Part shown: positions 7,371 to 18,187 of the stretch, in pieces | How the letters are laid out: each line of letters begins with the position of its first letter | Position numbering within the stretch: position 1 is the first letter of the stretch | Source of the DNA: an uncultured Dehalococcoidaceae bacterium | Lineage (GTDB): Bacteria; Chloroflexota; Dehalococcoidia; Dehalococcoidales; RBG-16-60-22 | Length of the DNA: 64,000 nt | NCBI GenBank assembly: GCA_964615345.1 | Contig: CAZTMR010000001.1 | Span: 45,355-109,354 of the forward strand | Direction of reading: 5' to 3' | The notes under the pieces: generated by a model | Databases searched by the model: none | What the model saw: the letters and a program-made list of their open reading frames with translations, nothing else | What the model was told of the DNA's origin: nothing | Program-made: the position numbers and the translations under genes

Positions 7371-10217
7371 ATGCCGCTTGATTCAATTGTTGTCAAAGGG
7401 GCCCGCGAGCATAACCTGAAGAACATAGACATTGTTATTCCCCGGGATAAGCTGGTAGTTATCACCGGTGTTTCCGGTTCGGGGAAAAGTTCGCTCGCCT
7501 TCGATACCATCTACGCGGAAGGTCAGCGCCGCTATGTGGAATCACTCTCCGCCTACGCTCGTCAGTTCCTGGGACGTATGGAAAAACCGGACGTGGACTA
7601 CATTGAAGGATTGAGCCCGGCCATCTCTATCGACCAGAAAGGGCCGAGCCGGAACCCTCGGTCCACGGTGGGTACGGTCACCGAGATTTACGACTATTTA
7701 CGGCTGCTTTTTGCCCGGGTAGGCCATCCCCACTGCCCCCGGTGCGGGCGGGAGATTACCATGCAGACGGTACAGCAGATTGTAGACGCCGTGCAGGGCC
7801 TGCCGGAAAAGAGCCGCATCATGATTCTGGCGTCGTTAATCCGGGACCGGAAGGGCGAATACCAGGCGGTATTTGATGACCTGCGCAAGGCGGGTTATAT
7901 CCGCGTCCGCGTTGACGGGCGCATTTATGACCTGGCGGAGAAGTTCCATCTGGACAAAAACAAAAAGCACACTATCGAGGTGGTGGTAGACCGGCTAATC
8001 ATCGGCCAGAGCGGCGGGCAGAGCCGCATCGCTGATTCCGTGGAAACGGCGCTCAAGCTCGGCGCGGGGGTGGTGCTGGTCTCGATTATCGACGGGGAAG
8101 AACTGCTTTTTTCGGAGCACTTCGCCTGCCCCCATTGCGGCATCAGCCTGGGTGAGATTGCGCCGCGCACTTTTAGCTTCAACAGTCCGCACGGTGCCTG
8201 CCCGGGCTGTACCGGCCTGGGCGTCAAGCTGGAAATTGACCCGGACCTGGTCATCCCGGAACGGGACCTGTCCATCGCCGGCGGGGCCATCCGGCCCTGG
8301 CAGTTTTCCAGCTGGTTCGGCTACCAGTTCGAGTCCCTGGCTCGCCGTTACGGGTTCTCTCTCCGCCAGCCGGTAAAAGAACTGAGCGAGGACAATTTAC
8401 AGGTACTGCTTTACGGTGAAGGTGGTGCCTCGCACCAGTATCGGAACCGCTTTGGAAAAGTAAGGGAATATTTTGAAGGTTTCGAAGGGGTAATTCCCCG
8501 CATGGAACGCCTCTACCGGGATACGGATTCGGAGAACTCCAGGGCGCAAATTGAGCGCTATATGGTCGCCCGCCCCTGTCCGGTCTGCCAGGGTAAGCGG
8601 CTGAAACCGGAATCACTGGCGGTTACCATCGGCGGGCGCAATATTATGGACGTCAGCGCCCTGTCCATCAACCGGTCTCTGGAGTGGATGGCCGCCACCG
8701 GCAGGGACGTGCTCAACGAGCGTGAGCAGATGATTGCCGGGCAAATCCTGAAGGAAATACGGACGCGTCTCGGCTTCCTGAAAGACGTCGGTCTGGAGTA
8801 CCTCACGGTTGACCGGGCCGCCGCCACGCTGAGCGGCGGCGAAACCCAGCGCATCCGACTGGCAACCCAGATAGGCAGCGGCCTGATGGGAGTGCTCTAT
8901 ATCTGTGACGAACCGACCGTAGGTCTGCACCCCGCTGATGATGCCCGCCTCATCGCTACCTTGAAGCGTTTGAGAGACCTGGGTAATACCCTGCTCGTCG
9001 TCGAACATGACGAGGCGATGATGAGGGCGGCCGATCATATCATTGATATGGGGCCCGGGGCTGGAGAACACGGCGGCCGGGTTATTGTTGCCGGCCCTCT
9101 GGCGGAGGTTATCGATTGCCGTCACTCGATTACCGGCCAGTACCTGGGCGGGAAGAAGCAGATCCCGCTTCCGGAAACCCGGCGCCCCGGCTCCGGCGAA
9201 GCCATCCTGGTTAAAGGCGCCCGCCAGAATAACCTGAAAAATATTGATGTGAGCATTCCGCTGGGTAAGTTCGTTTGCGTTACCGGTGTCTCCGGCAGCG
9301 GTAAGAGTACCCTCATTGACGAAATTCTTTACCGCAAGCTGGCACATATATTCTATCGGGCAAAAGAGCGGGCCGGGGCATGTGACGAAATCACCGGCCT
9401 GGAACACATCGATAAAGTGGTTGATATCGACCAGTCGCCTATCGGGCGCACCCCGCGCAGCAATCCGGCTACTTACACCGGTGCCTTTACCCCCATCCGG
9501 GAGCTTTTTGCTACCGTTCCGGAAGCGCGTATGCGGGGCTACGCTCCGGGACGCTTTTCGTTCAACGTCAAAGGCGGCCGCTGTGAAGCCTGCCGTGGTG
9601 AAGGCTATATCCAGATTGAAATGCAGTTTCTGCCGGATGTTACCGTCCCCTGTGAAATCTGTAAAGGAAAACGCTATAACCGGGAGGCGCTGGAAATCCG
9701 GTTCAAAGGCAAGAACATCGCCGAAGTGCTCGATATGACCGTGGAGCAGGCCCTGGCCTTCTTCGAAAATATCCCCAGGGTAAAAACCAAGCTGGCCACC
9801 CTGCATGATGTGGGGTTGGGCTATGTCCACCTCGGCCAGCCGGCGCCCACTCTTTCCGGCGGTGAGGCGCAGCGGGTCAAGCTGGCCACGGAGCTGTCGC
9901 GGCGGGCCACCGGCCGCACCCTGTATATCCTGGACGAGCCGACCACCGGCCTGGCTTTTGGTGACGTGGCGGCTCTGCTCGGTGTTCTTCAGCGTTTGGT
10001 GACTGCCGGCAACACGGTGGTGGTCATCGAGCACCACCTGGATGTAATCAAGAACGCTGACCATGTTATCGACCTCGGCCCCGGTGCCGGTGACCGGGGA
10101 GGCTACATGGTTGCCGCCGGCACTCCGGAAGAAGTGGCCGGAGTAGCCGATTCGGCCACCGGCCAGTACCTGGCAAAAGTCCTGCCGCGGGATGCGGCAC
10201 CGGGGCTGACCGGCTAG
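7371..10217 (+). CDS. uvrA: excinuclease ABC subunit A
   Basis: Two ABC modules (GVSGSGKSS and GVSGSGKST; LSGGE signatures) and Cys4 zinc modules. The start is set at ATG 7371 ([19 protein letters not shown]). Confidence 0.95.
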   Translation: MPLDSIVVKGAREHNLKNIDIVIPRDKLVVITGVSGSGKSSLAFDTIYAEGQRRYVESLSAYARQFLGRMEKPDVDYIEGLSPAISIDQKGPSRNPRSTVGTVTEIYDYLRLLFARVGHPHCPRCGREITMQTVQQIVDAVQGLPEKSRIMILASLIRDRKGEYQAVFDDLRKAGYIRVRVDGRIYDLAEKFHLDKNKKHTIEVVVDRLIIGQSGGQSRIADSVETALKLGAGVVLVSIIDGEELLFSEHFACPHCGISLGEIAPRTFSFNSPHGACPGCTGLGVKLEIDPDLVIPERDLSIAGGAIRPWQFSSWFGYQFESLARRYGFSLRQPVKELSEDNLQVLLYGEGGASHQYRNRFGKVREYFEGFEGVIPRMERLYRDTDSENSRAQIERYMVARPCPVCQGKRLKPESLAVTIGGRNIMDVSALSINRSLEWMAATGRDVLNEREQMIAGQILKEIRTRLGFLKDVGLEYLTVDRAAATLSGGETQRIRLATQIGSGLMGVLYICDEPTVGLHPADDARLIATLKRLRDLGNTLLVVEHDEAMMRAADHIIDMGPGAGEHGGRVIVAGPLAEVIDCRHSITGQYLGGKKQIPLPETRRPGSGEAILVKGARQNNLKNIDVSIPLGKFVCVTGVSGSGKSTLIDEILYRKLAHIFYRAKERAGACDEITGLEHIDKVVDIDQSPIGRTPRSNPATYTGAFTPIRELFATVPEARMRGYAPGRFSFNVKGGRCEACRGEGYIQIEMQFLPDVTVPCEICKGKRYNREALEIRFKGKNIAEVLDMTVEQALAFFENIPRVKTKLATLHDVGLGYVHLGQPAPTLSGGEAQRVKLATELSRRATGRTLYILDEPTTGLAFGDVAALLGVLQRLVTAGNTVVVIEHHLDVIKNADHVIDLGPGAGDRGGYMVAAGTPEEVAGVADSATGQYLAKVLPRDAAPGLTG

Positions 10218-10280
10218 CGGAGAAGCGGTGACTCGTGCTAAAATTCGGCTAAAGCCCTGTTCGGGCGACACGGGAGGTAA

Positions 10281-10829
10281 ATGTTGAATCGGGCGGAAAC
10301 CCTGGACTCGGTAAAGGAAAACGTCGAGAACAGCAAACAGGTGCGGCATATGCTCGCTACCGAAGTCATCATGCGGACGCTGGCCCGGCGTCTGGGTGAA
10401 AACGAAACGGAGTGGGGCCTCACCGGCCTGGTCCACGATATCGATATCGAGCTTATCGACGGGGATATGTACCTTCACGGTAAACTCGGCGCTGACCTGG
10501 TACGTGACCTGGAGGGGAGTGAAGCGATGGCGCACGCCGTGCTCTGCCATAACCCGCGGCACAATATCTCTGTAGAAACCAGCCTGGATGCCGCGCTTAT
10601 CTGCGCTGACTCTCTGTCCAAGCTAATTATCTCCGCCGCCCGGGCCAATCCCCGGCAAAAGCTGGAAGCAGTCGATGCTGGCACGGTTGAAGACATGGTC
10701 CGGGACGGACAGGTCGTTTCTGACCGGGATAGAATTGCCTTGTGCGCTGACCTTGGTCTCACCCGTTCCGAACTGATCGATCTGGGCCTGAATGCCGTGA
10801 AAAAAAGCGCCGCTGACATCGGCCTCTGA
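10281..10829 (+). CDS. HD-domain phosphohydrolase
   Basis: 182-aa ORF with an H..HD pattern (RHMLATE..GLVHDIDIE). Confidence 0.65.
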   Translation: MLNRAETLDSVKENVENSKQVRHMLATEVIMRTLARRLGENETEWGLTGLVHDIDIELIDGDMYLHGKLGADLVRDLEGSEAMAHAVLCHNPRHNISVETSLDAALICADSLSKLIISAARANPRQKLEAVDAGTVEDMVRDGQVVSDRDRIALCADLGLTRSELIDLGLNAVKKSAADIGL

Positions 10830-10833
10830 AGCG

Positions 10834-13404
10834 TCAGCTGACCGATAGTACGGAGCCGGCGGCGGTTTTGGTGACCTCGATGCGATTGGGAAAAGCGTCT
10901 CGTAGTTCTTCGATGTGGGTAATCACCAGCAGCTTCTCAAAGTCATCCTGGATGGAATTGATCGCTTCTCTTAGCTTCTCAATGCCGGCGGCGTCCTGAG
11001 TGCCGAAGCCCTCGTCTATAATCAGGGTGGGCAGCGGCGCCCCGGAGCGGTGGGCGAGCAGCCGGGAAAGGGCGATGCGGATGGCGAAGTTGATCCGGAA
11101 GGCTTCCCCGCCGCTGAACATCTCGTAATTCCTCGTCCCCAGTTCGTCCGAGATATTTATATCCAGCACTTCTATCGGTTTGCCTTTTTTTGACGGCCGC
11201 TGCGTGTCAAACTTCAGGCTCATCCGGTTGTCCGTCATCCGCCCCAGTAACTGGTTGGCCTCAACCTCGATTTCCGGCAGCGCCGATTCTATTATCATGG
11301 TCTGTACCCCGCCCTTACCGAAGGCTTTTACCAGCTCCCGGTAAATACCCTCTTCTCTGCTGGCGCCGGACAGCAGCCGCGTCTTTTCTTTCTTCTTTTC
11401 TTCCTGCTCCGCACAGTACTGCAACCTGGCCCTGGCGCTGCCCACACTCTCCTGGGCCTGCTTCTGTTGGCGGGAAAGTTCCTGCCACTCCGCTTCCAGT
11501 CCGGCGATATCGTTTATCATCGCGGGGAGAGAAGCCATCTCCACGGCCAGCTCTTCTTTCTTTTGCGCGTCTTTACGGAGACTGTCCCTCAGGCCGGCTG
11601 CGTTGGCCTCCGCCTGCTTCAGTGACTCTCTTTCTTGCTCTATCTCCCGCTCCGCTTCCTCGAGCTGACGCTTGGGGGCCTCATGTTGCTCCAGGCCGCT
11701 TATCTCCTGTTTGATGCGCTCGTGTCTTTCCGGGTCGTATTCGATTTTCCCCAGCTCGCTCTCTACCTCGGCGAGCGCCGCTTGCTCGGCGGCGGCAAAG
11801 TCTTTGCGGGCCAGGCGGCGTTCTATTTCGCCGAGTTTTTCTCTTTCTCGGGCAAGCTGTTCTCCGGCCTCCTCTGCCTGCTTGAGCTCACTTTTCAAAC
11901 CGCCGGCATGGCTCTGGAGACTGGCCTTATCCCGGTTCAACCGGTCTTCCATCCGGGACAGCTCTTCTTCCAGCGTCCCTGATGCTGTTTTCCCTTCGGC
12001 AAGCTCGGTACGGCTCGCTTCTAAAGAGGAAACCTTGAGCTCACGCTCCCGGGTGTACTTCGATTCAATCAGCCGCCGCCCCTCGGCGCCCAGTTCCGTC
12101 TCGCAAAGAGGACATCTGGTTTCGGCATGCGCGGAAAGAAGCTTCATTTTTTCATCCAGCTCGCTTGCTTCCTTTTCCAGCCGGGAAATTTCAGCCTCCA
12201 GGTGGTTGAGCCGGGTCTGCTTTTCCCGGAAGGCTTTTCTCTTTGTCTGGAGCTCCGCCTCCCGCCCGCTGATTTTGTCCATCTCCGCCTGTACCTGCTG
12301 CCACTGGCTTTTTAGCCGGGGTAACGCCTGCGCCTCGGTTTCCAGCTGGTTGATTCTGGTTTCATGGACTCTATGTTCCGTTTTCAGGCCTTCCTGGGCG
12401 GTGAAGACCACCCTCTCCAGCTGCGCCTGGCGGTCTTTGAGCCGGCTGAGCCGCATCAGTTTCTGCCCGAACTCCTCGTTGGTTTTCCTGGCCTCGCTTA
12501 ACCGGTTGAACCCCTCTTCTATCGCTTCGCGCCGGGCAATCAGCCCCTCGTGTTTCTCGATGCGGGAACGCAGTTGTACCGCTTGCCCGTCAAAAAACTC
12601 GAGGTTCCGCTGTCTCTCCGCCATAATGTTTTCCAGCTGGTCCAGCTGTGTCTTTTTTCTATCCAGGACTTCCTTTTTCTGCCGTAAGTCATTGAGCCTG
12701 GTGTTTGCCTCTGCCGTTAGTTTTTCCGCTTCGGCAAGGGCATGCTGTGCGGCTTCGAACTCGCTTTCGTAGGTCGGTTTTGCCGCCAGTTCGTCTTCTA
12801 TCTCCCGCAGCGCGCTTTCCAGCTGCTCCTTTTCCGCTTCCTGCTGCCGGGCAAGCTCTCTTGCCTGCTCTTCCAGCCGGTCGTAGAGTGACAGTCCGAG
12901 GATATTCGCCAGCACCTGTTTGCGCTCGGCAGGGCGCTTGATGGTAAACTCGTCGGCGTGGCCCTGTCGCAGGAAGGCGCTGTTGACAAAGGTGTCATAG
13001 TCCATGTGCAGTTCGGCGCTGATTTTCTGCTGGGTCCGGAAAATGGGGTTGTCCGTCAGAGACTTCGCCTCGCCGTTGCTTAGTTCATAAAATTCCAGTA
13101 TGGACTGTCCGGGTCTCCCTTGTTTTTTGGGCCGGGAACGCTTGCGGATGACACGATACGTCTGGTTGCCGACCATGAAATCAAATTCCACTTCCATTTC
13201 CGGCTGCCCGGTATGTATCAGTTCGTCATCGCTTCCCGTGCGGGACTTCCCCCATAATGCCCAGGTCATGGCGTCAATCAGAGCTGACTTGCCGTTACCG
13301 TTCTCTCCGGACAGGCAGGCGGTGTGGATACCCTGAAAGTTCAGCGGCGGCACGTTGTCCCGGTAGCACATAAAATTGCTTACTTTTAACCTGACGGGAA
13401 TCAT
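10834..13404 (-). CDS. sbcC: SbcC/Rad50-family ATPase
   Basis: Walker A GENGNGKS, a ~600-aa coiled coil with a CPLC zinc hook, the signature FSGGEAFRINFA and Walker B LIIDEGF. The start is set at MIPVRLKVSNF (13404). Confidence 0.85.
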   Translation of the reverse strand: MIPVRLKVSNFMCYRDNVPPLNFQGIHTACLSGENGNGKSALIDAMTWALWGKSRTGSDDELIHTGQPEMEVEFDFMVGNQTYRVIRKRSRPKKQGRPGQSILEFYELSNGEAKSLTDNPIFRTQQKISAELHMDYDTFVNSAFLRQGHADEFTIKRPAERKQVLANILGLSLYDRLEEQARELARQQEAEKEQLESALREIEDELAAKPTYESEFEAAQHALAEAEKLTAEANTRLNDLRQKKEVLDRKKTQLDQLENIMAERQRNLEFFDGQAVQLRSRIEKHEGLIARREAIEEGFNRLSEARKTNEEFGQKLMRLSRLKDRQAQLERVVFTAQEGLKTEHRVHETRINQLETEAQALPRLKSQWQQVQAEMDKISGREAELQTKRKAFREKQTRLNHLEAEISRLEKEASELDEKMKLLSAHAETRCPLCETELGAEGRRLIESKYTRERELKVSSLEASRTELAEGKTASGTLEEELSRMEDRLNRDKASLQSHAGGLKSELKQAEEAGEQLAREREKLGEIERRLARKDFAAAEQAALAEVESELGKIEYDPERHERIKQEISGLEQHEAPKRQLEEAEREIEQERESLKQAEANAAGLRDSLRKDAQKKEELAVEMASLPAMINDIAGLEAEWQELSRQQKQAQESVGSARARLQYCAEQEEKKKEKTRLLSGASREEGIYRELVKAFGKGGVQTMIIESALPEIEVEANQLLGRMTDNRMSLKFDTQRPSKKGKPIEVLDINISDELGTRNYEMFSGGEAFRINFAIRIALSRLLAHRSGAPLPTLIIDEGFGTQDAAGIEKLREAINSIQDDFEKLLVITHIEELRDAFPNRIEVTKTAAGSVLSVS

Positions 13405-13482
13405 CCTGAATCTCCGGTAAAAATGTCCTTTCCATTTTAGCACATAAGTCCTCCGTATCTCTTTACCCCCGGACCGGCTGGC

Positions 13483-13511
13483 TTGACGCTGTGAGCGGCC
13501 CGGACTAGAAT
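13483..13511 (+). promoter_or_regulatory. sigma-70-type promoter candidate for ffh (leaderless geometry)
   Basis: TTGACG at 13483-13488 and TAGAAT at 13506-13511 with a 17-nt spacer. The ATG at 13518 begins 6 nt after the -10 box, and there is no SD. Confidence 0.5.
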
Positions 13512-13517
13512 AAAATT

Positions 13518-14846
13518 ATGTTCGAGGTTCTCAGCGATAAGCTGTCCGGGGTATTCCGGCGGCTGGGTAGCAAAGGTAGACTGACGGAAAAGGACATCGA
13601 TGAAGCCCTGCGGCAGGTGCGTCTGGCGCTGCTTGAGGCGGACGTTAACTTCAAAGTGGTCAAGGAGTTTATCGTCCGGGTGAAAGAGCGTTCGATGGGC
13701 GCCGAGGTGCACCAGAGCCTTTCCCCGGGGCAGCAAATGGTGAAAATTGTCAATGATGAGCTGGTTGGCATCCTCGGTGGAGAACCCGGAAAGCTGGCTC
13801 CATCATCCCGCCCTCCGTCGGTGGTAATGCTGGTAGGGCTGCAGGGTAGCGGTAAGACCACTACCGCCGCCAAGCTGGCGCTCCATCTGAAAAACTCCGG
13901 CCAGAAACCGCTGCTGGTCGCTGCCGATAACCGCCGTCCGGCTGCCATCGAGCAACTGGTTACCCTGGGAAGCCAGCTGGACATTCCCATCTATCATGAA
14001 AGCCCCCGGGTCTCTTCCCGGGATACCTGTGCCCGGGCCCTGAAAAAGGCAAAGGAGACCGCGGCCGGCTGGGTCATCGTGGATACGGCCGGCCGCCTCC
14101 ACATTGAAGAGGAGATGATGGCCGAACTGACCGGTCTGGAAAAGGAGCTGCAGCCGGCGGAAACGATGCTCGTGGTTGATGCCATGACCGGACAGGACGC
14201 GGTGAGGGTCGCCGCGGACTTTCATTCCCACGTTAATCTGACCGGGCTCATTTTGACCAAGATGGACGGTGATGCCCGCGGCGGAGCGGCCCTATCCATA
14301 CGCTGGGTCAGCGGGGTCCCGGTCAAATTTATCGGCACCGGTGAAAAAGCGGCGGCTCTGGAGCCTTTTTACCCTGACCGTCTTGCCTCCCGCATCCTGG
14401 GTATGGGTGATATCCTTACCTTTGTGGAGAAAGCGGAGGCGGCCCTTGAAGCTGACCAGGCCAGGGAACTGGAGAGAAAGGTAAAGACGGCCAGTTTTGA
14501 CCTGGAAGATTTCCTGGACCAGCTGCGGTCAATCAAGAAGATGGGGCCGCTGTCCCAGTTGATGGAGATGCTACCGGGTATATCCCGGATGTCCGCGCAG
14601 CTTCCGGAAGGAGCCGAGGAAAAGCAGCTCAGGAAAGTAGAGGCCATCATCCTCTCAATGACACCGGAAGAGCGCCATAACCCGAATATCATCGGGGGCA
14701 GCCGCCGCCGGCGCATCGCCCGGGGTAGCGGGCTGAAACCCCAGGACATTAACCAGCTCCTGAACCAGTTCCACCAGATGCAGAAGCTGATGAAAATGGG
14801 GGCAAAAGGTAAGCTCCCGCGCGGCCTGACGGGGATGTTCCGGTAG
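13518..14846 (+). CDS. ffh: signal recognition particle protein Ffh (SRP54)
   Basis: NG domain motifs GLQGSGKTTT, DTAGR and TKMDGD, followed by a Met-rich M domain. Confidence 0.95.
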   Translation: MFEVLSDKLSGVFRRLGSKGRLTEKDIDEALRQVRLALLEADVNFKVVKEFIVRVKERSMGAEVHQSLSPGQQMVKIVNDELVGILGGEPGKLAPSSRPPSVVMLVGLQGSGKTTTAAKLALHLKNSGQKPLLVAADNRRPAAIEQLVTLGSQLDIPIYHESPRVSSRDTCARALKKAKETAAGWVIVDTAGRLHIEEEMMAELTGLEKELQPAETMLVVDAMTGQDAVRVAADFHSHVNLTGLILTKMDGDARGGAALSIRWVSGVPVKFIGTGEKAAALEPFYPDRLASRILGMGDILTFVEKAEAALEADQARELERKVKTASFDLEDFLDQLRSIKKMGPLSQLMEMLPGISRMSAQLPEGAEEKQLRKVEAIILSMTPEERHNPNIIGGSRRRRIARGSGLKPQDINQLLNQFHQMQKLMKMGAKGKLPRGLTGMFR

Positions 14847-14853
14847 CCGGGTC

Positions 14854-16392
14854 TTATTCCAGGTAGTCTTTCAGCTTGCGGCTGCGGCTGGGGTGACGCA
14901 GTTTGCGCAGCGCCTTGGCTTCAATCTGCCGGATTCTTTCCCTGGTAACGTTGAATTCTTTACCCACTTCCTCCAGAGTGCGGCTGCGCCCGTCATCGAG
15001 CCCGAACCGGAGCTGGAGCACTCGTTGTTCCCGTGGGGTCAGGGTGAAGAGCACGTCTTCAATCTGTTCCTTGAGAAGCTGCTTGGAAGCGGCATCCACC
15101 GGCGGCAGTGCGTTCCTGTCCTCTATCGAGTTGCCCAGCGGGCTGTCTTCCTCTTCACCGATGGGCGACTCCAGAGAGATGGGCAACTGGGATACCTTGA
15201 CTATTTCTCTTACCTTATCCGAGGATATCTCCATCTCCTTGGCGATTTCCGTGGAGGACGGCTCGCGCCCGTACTCTTGGGCGAGGCGCCGGCTCGTTTT
15301 CAGCAGACGGTTGATTGTCTCTACCATGTGAACCGGGATGCGGATGGTGCGGGCCTGGTCAGCAATCGCCCGGGTGAGAGCCTGGCGGATCCACCAGGTG
15401 GCGTAGGTGCTGAACTTGTAACCTTTCCGGTAATCAAATTTCTCCACCGCTCTCATCAGGCCGATGTTACCCTCCTGGATGAGGTCCAGCAGTGACATCC
15501 CGCGCCCGATGTGCTTCTTGGCGACGCTGACCACCAGACGAAGATTGGCCTCGATAAGGTGCCTCTCCGCTTTCTTCGCCTCGTGCTCGATGTATCTGAG
15601 GTAAACCCCGAACTGGCTTTCGTGGATTTTGACCTTGTCTTTGAAAGCATCATCGACTACCAGTTGCTCCACGTTGGCAACAGTGACCTTCTCCCCGATG
15701 GCCTCGATGATTTCCTGGGGTATCAGCTTGCTGCTGATAGCCAGCTTGATTAACAGGTGTTCCGTCTCGGGCACCGGCAGGTTGAGCTGGTCGGCAACGT
15801 CATGCAGCAGCTGTTCCTCCATACTCCCGTTTTTTTCCAGGGACCGGGCGGAAACGACGTTTTCGATAAAGTTGGCTGATGTGGTCAGACCCAGTTGCTC
15901 ACGTACCGGCTGGATAACGGAAATCAGTCTCGCCGTATCTTTTACCAGTGCCAGAAATAGCTCGGTGGCGGTGGGAGAGGTCCCGTACTCTCGCAGGTAA
16001 CGTTGCTTCACTGCGTTGACGCGCTTGCCCTCCTCCATTTTCTTGGCGAGCACCTTTTCGTCATTGGCGTTGAGCAGATGTACTCGCCCTATCTCATGCA
16101 GGTAAATACGGACCGGGTCGTCAGTTATGTCCTGTTCCGTCAGTTCCGGGGCGGCAGATAGCTCCAGGTCTTTTGATGACTCTGGTTTCTCGGCCTTGAA
16201 ATGGATATCTTCCTGCCACACCCCGTGCGGACCCGGGATGCTTTTCCGTTCCGGTTCATCATCCGTGTCCTCAGAGCCGGTGTAAAGTTCGTGATTTTTC
16301 CCCAGCCCGTTTTCTACCTCCTCTGACATCCCTTCATCATTAACGTTCCGGTCTGGTAAACCTGATTGGTCCTTTTCCATTTCCTGACTCAT
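14854..16392 (-). CDS. rpoD: primary-type RNA polymerase sigma factor
   Basis: Region 2 ([24 protein letters not shown]) and region 4.2 ([30 protein letters not shown]), plus an acidic N-terminal extension. Confidence 0.9.
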   Translation of the reverse strand: MSQEMEKDQSGLPDRNVNDEGMSEEVENGLGKNHELYTGSEDTDDEPERKSIPGPHGVWQEDIHFKAEKPESSKDLELSAAPELTEQDITDDPVRIYLHEIGRVHLLNANDEKVLAKKMEEGKRVNAVKQRYLREYGTSPTATELFLALVKDTARLISVIQPVREQLGLTTSANFIENVVSARSLEKNGSMEEQLLHDVADQLNLPVPETEHLLIKLAISSKLIPQEIIEAIGEKVTVANVEQLVVDDAFKDKVKIHESQFGVYLRYIEHEAKKAERHLIEANLRLVVSVAKKHIGRGMSLLDLIQEGNIGLMRAVEKFDYRKGYKFSTYATWWIRQALTRAIADQARTIRIPVHMVETINRLLKTSRRLAQEYGREPSSTEIAKEMEISSDKVREIVKVSQLPISLESPIGEEEDSPLGNSIEDRNALPPVDAASKQLLKEQIEDVLFTLTPREQRVLQLRFGLDDGRSRTLEEVGKEFNVTRERIRQIEAKALRKLRHPSRSRKLKDYLE

Positions 16393-16407
16393 TCCTCACC
16401 TCCTGCG

Positions 16408-18159
16408 TTATGGCTTCCTCTGTCTTCTTTGCTGGTGTAGTTCTCTTAATTGCATGGAGAGTTCCAGACTCTCCTCCCCAGGTCCACTCAGGGTAATGCC
16501 CGCGCCGTTCAATGCGGCTTCCCGGGCGAACCGGCTTTTCAAATACCTTTCTTTCAGTCTGTGCTCGTAGTCTGCCAGCCTGCGCTCCACCTGGTTTGCC
16601 GGCAGGTTGCGCCGGATGATGTTCTCCAGGTGTTCCTGGACTGACTCATCCAGACCATCCTTTACCGATTGTAGTTCATGGTCTCTTTGCCAGGCAAGAA
16701 AAATCTCCCGGTTTTCACTGTTATTGAAATACTCCGGGATTAGGATGGTATCTTTGCTCTTTATTTCCGGGTGCTGCAGTAGCAGCGCCAGGCAGTCTTC
16801 TTCCAGCCGGCTGCTCAGGATGTGCCGCGGTGCCGGTGCGGGCGCGGGTGGCTTTCGTCCCGTTGCCTGACGGCGGTAAGCTTCCGGCCGGGGTTTTAAT
16901 CGGCTCATCTCTGCTTCCAGTGTGGGCAGCGTGACGTCTATCATCCGGGCCAGCTTCTGCAGGTAATGGGCCCAGCGCACTCCGTCTTTTATCTCCGCCA
17001 GTACGGGCAAGAGCCGCTCCGCCGCCAGTGATTTCCCCCTTGCCGTGGTCAGGTCTAGCTCGGCGGTAACCATGCCGAAGGCATAGTCCATTATCGGCTG
17101 GGCGGTGGCCAGCAGCTCCTGCCAGGCTCCCCGGTTTTCTTTGATAACGTCATCCGGGTCTTTGCCCGCGGGTATGGTGACCACTCTTACCTCGGCTCCG
17201 AGGATGTTTTCGTAACTCACTCCTCGCAGCATGGCTTCCTTGCCTGCGGTATCGGCGTCAAGCGCCAGCACCACGTTCCGGGTCAGCTTCTTCAGGGAGA
17301 TGACCTGCCTTTCCGTGATTGAGGTACCCATGGAGGCAACCACGTTCTTGAACCCGTTCTGGTGCGCCGTGATAACGTCTACGTACCCTTCCACGATGAC
17401 GGCTGTCTCCTGCTGCCTGACGGCCGGCGCCGCCAGATTTAACCCGTAAAGCGTACCGCTCTTATCAAACAGCGGTGTTTGCGGCGAGTTGACGTATTTG
17501 GGCAGGGAATCGTCAAGCACCCTCGCCCCGAAACCGACCACGTGGCCCTTGATATCCTGGACCGGAAAAATCAGCTTGTTGCGGAACCGGTCGAATGATT
17601 TGCCGTCTTCGGTCTCTATCAGCAGCCCCGCCGCCACCAGTTCACTTTTCTGATAACCTTTCTCCACAAGGTGCTGCTTCAGTCCCTCCCTCTCGTTCCG
17701 GCTGTACCCCAGCCGGAAATCGCTGATGCTCCCGGAGGAAAAAAGGCGTTTTTTCAGGTAAGCGCGTGCCCTTTCCGCGGCCGGGGAGTTGAGGAGTATA
17801 TCATGATAGTACTGCGCTGCCGCTTCGTTAATCCGGCGGAAGCGTTCACGTTCCTCTTTTCCCTGGTCCGGTTCGGACCGGGATGGGATGATGACTCCGG
17901 ACCTGTCCGCCAGCAACCGCAGTGCCTCGCCAAAATCGGCATTATCCCTCTGCATGACGAAGGAGAGCACATCGCCGCCTCGGTTACAGCCGAAACAGTG
18001 CCAACTCTGCTGTTCCGGATAGACGAAAAAAGACGGATTTTTTTCACCGTGAAAAGGGCACAGCCCGGTCAGGTTCCGCCCCGCTTTTTTCAGAGTAACC
18101 TGCTGGCCAATAACGTCTGCGATATCCGTTTTCTGTTTTACTTCTTCAATGACGCTCAT
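16408..18159 (-). CDS. dnaG: DNA primase
   Basis: Zinc ribbon CPFHGEKNPSF..WHCFGC and a TOPRIM region (IVEGYVDV..LALDADTAG). Confidence 0.9.
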   Translation of the reverse strand: MSVIEEVKQKTDIADVIGQQVTLKKAGRNLTGLCPFHGEKNPSFFVYPEQQSWHCFGCNRGGDVLSFVMQRDNADFGEALRLLADRSGVIIPSRSEPDQGKEERERFRRINEAAAQYYHDILLNSPAAERARAYLKKRLFSSGSISDFRLGYSRNEREGLKQHLVEKGYQKSELVAAGLLIETEDGKSFDRFRNKLIFPVQDIKGHVVGFGARVLDDSLPKYVNSPQTPLFDKSGTLYGLNLAAPAVRQQETAVIVEGYVDVITAHQNGFKNVVASMGTSITERQVISLKKLTRNVVLALDADTAGKEAMLRGVSYENILGAEVRVVTIPAGKDPDDVIKENRGAWQELLATAQPIMDYAFGMVTAELDLTTARGKSLAAERLLPVLAEIKDGVRWAHYLQKLARMIDVTLPTLEAEMSRLKPRPEAYRRQATGRKPPAPAPAPRHILSSRLEEDCLALLLQHPEIKSKDTILIPEYFNNSENREIFLAWQRDHELQSVKDGLDESVQEHLENIIRRNLPANQVERRLADYEHRLKERYLKSRFAREAALNGAGITLSGPGEESLELSMQLRELHQQRRQRKP

Positions 18160-18187
18160 CAGTCAGATTAAACCGCTCTCCGTTCTC

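Noticed and set aside
8613-10562. 649-aa ORF on the minus strand
   Set aside because: It is entirely antisense to uvrA, whose product is unmistakable. The translation is Arg/Gly/Pro/Gln-rich with no recognisable motif. Long shadow ORFs of this kind are expected in GC-rich DNA.
11672-12772. 366-aa Ser-rich ORF on the plus strand
   Set aside because: It is antisense to the coiled-coil arm of sbcC. The Ser/Ala/Cys-rich product is the mirror image of Glu/Leu/Ala/Arg codons and is not a real gene.
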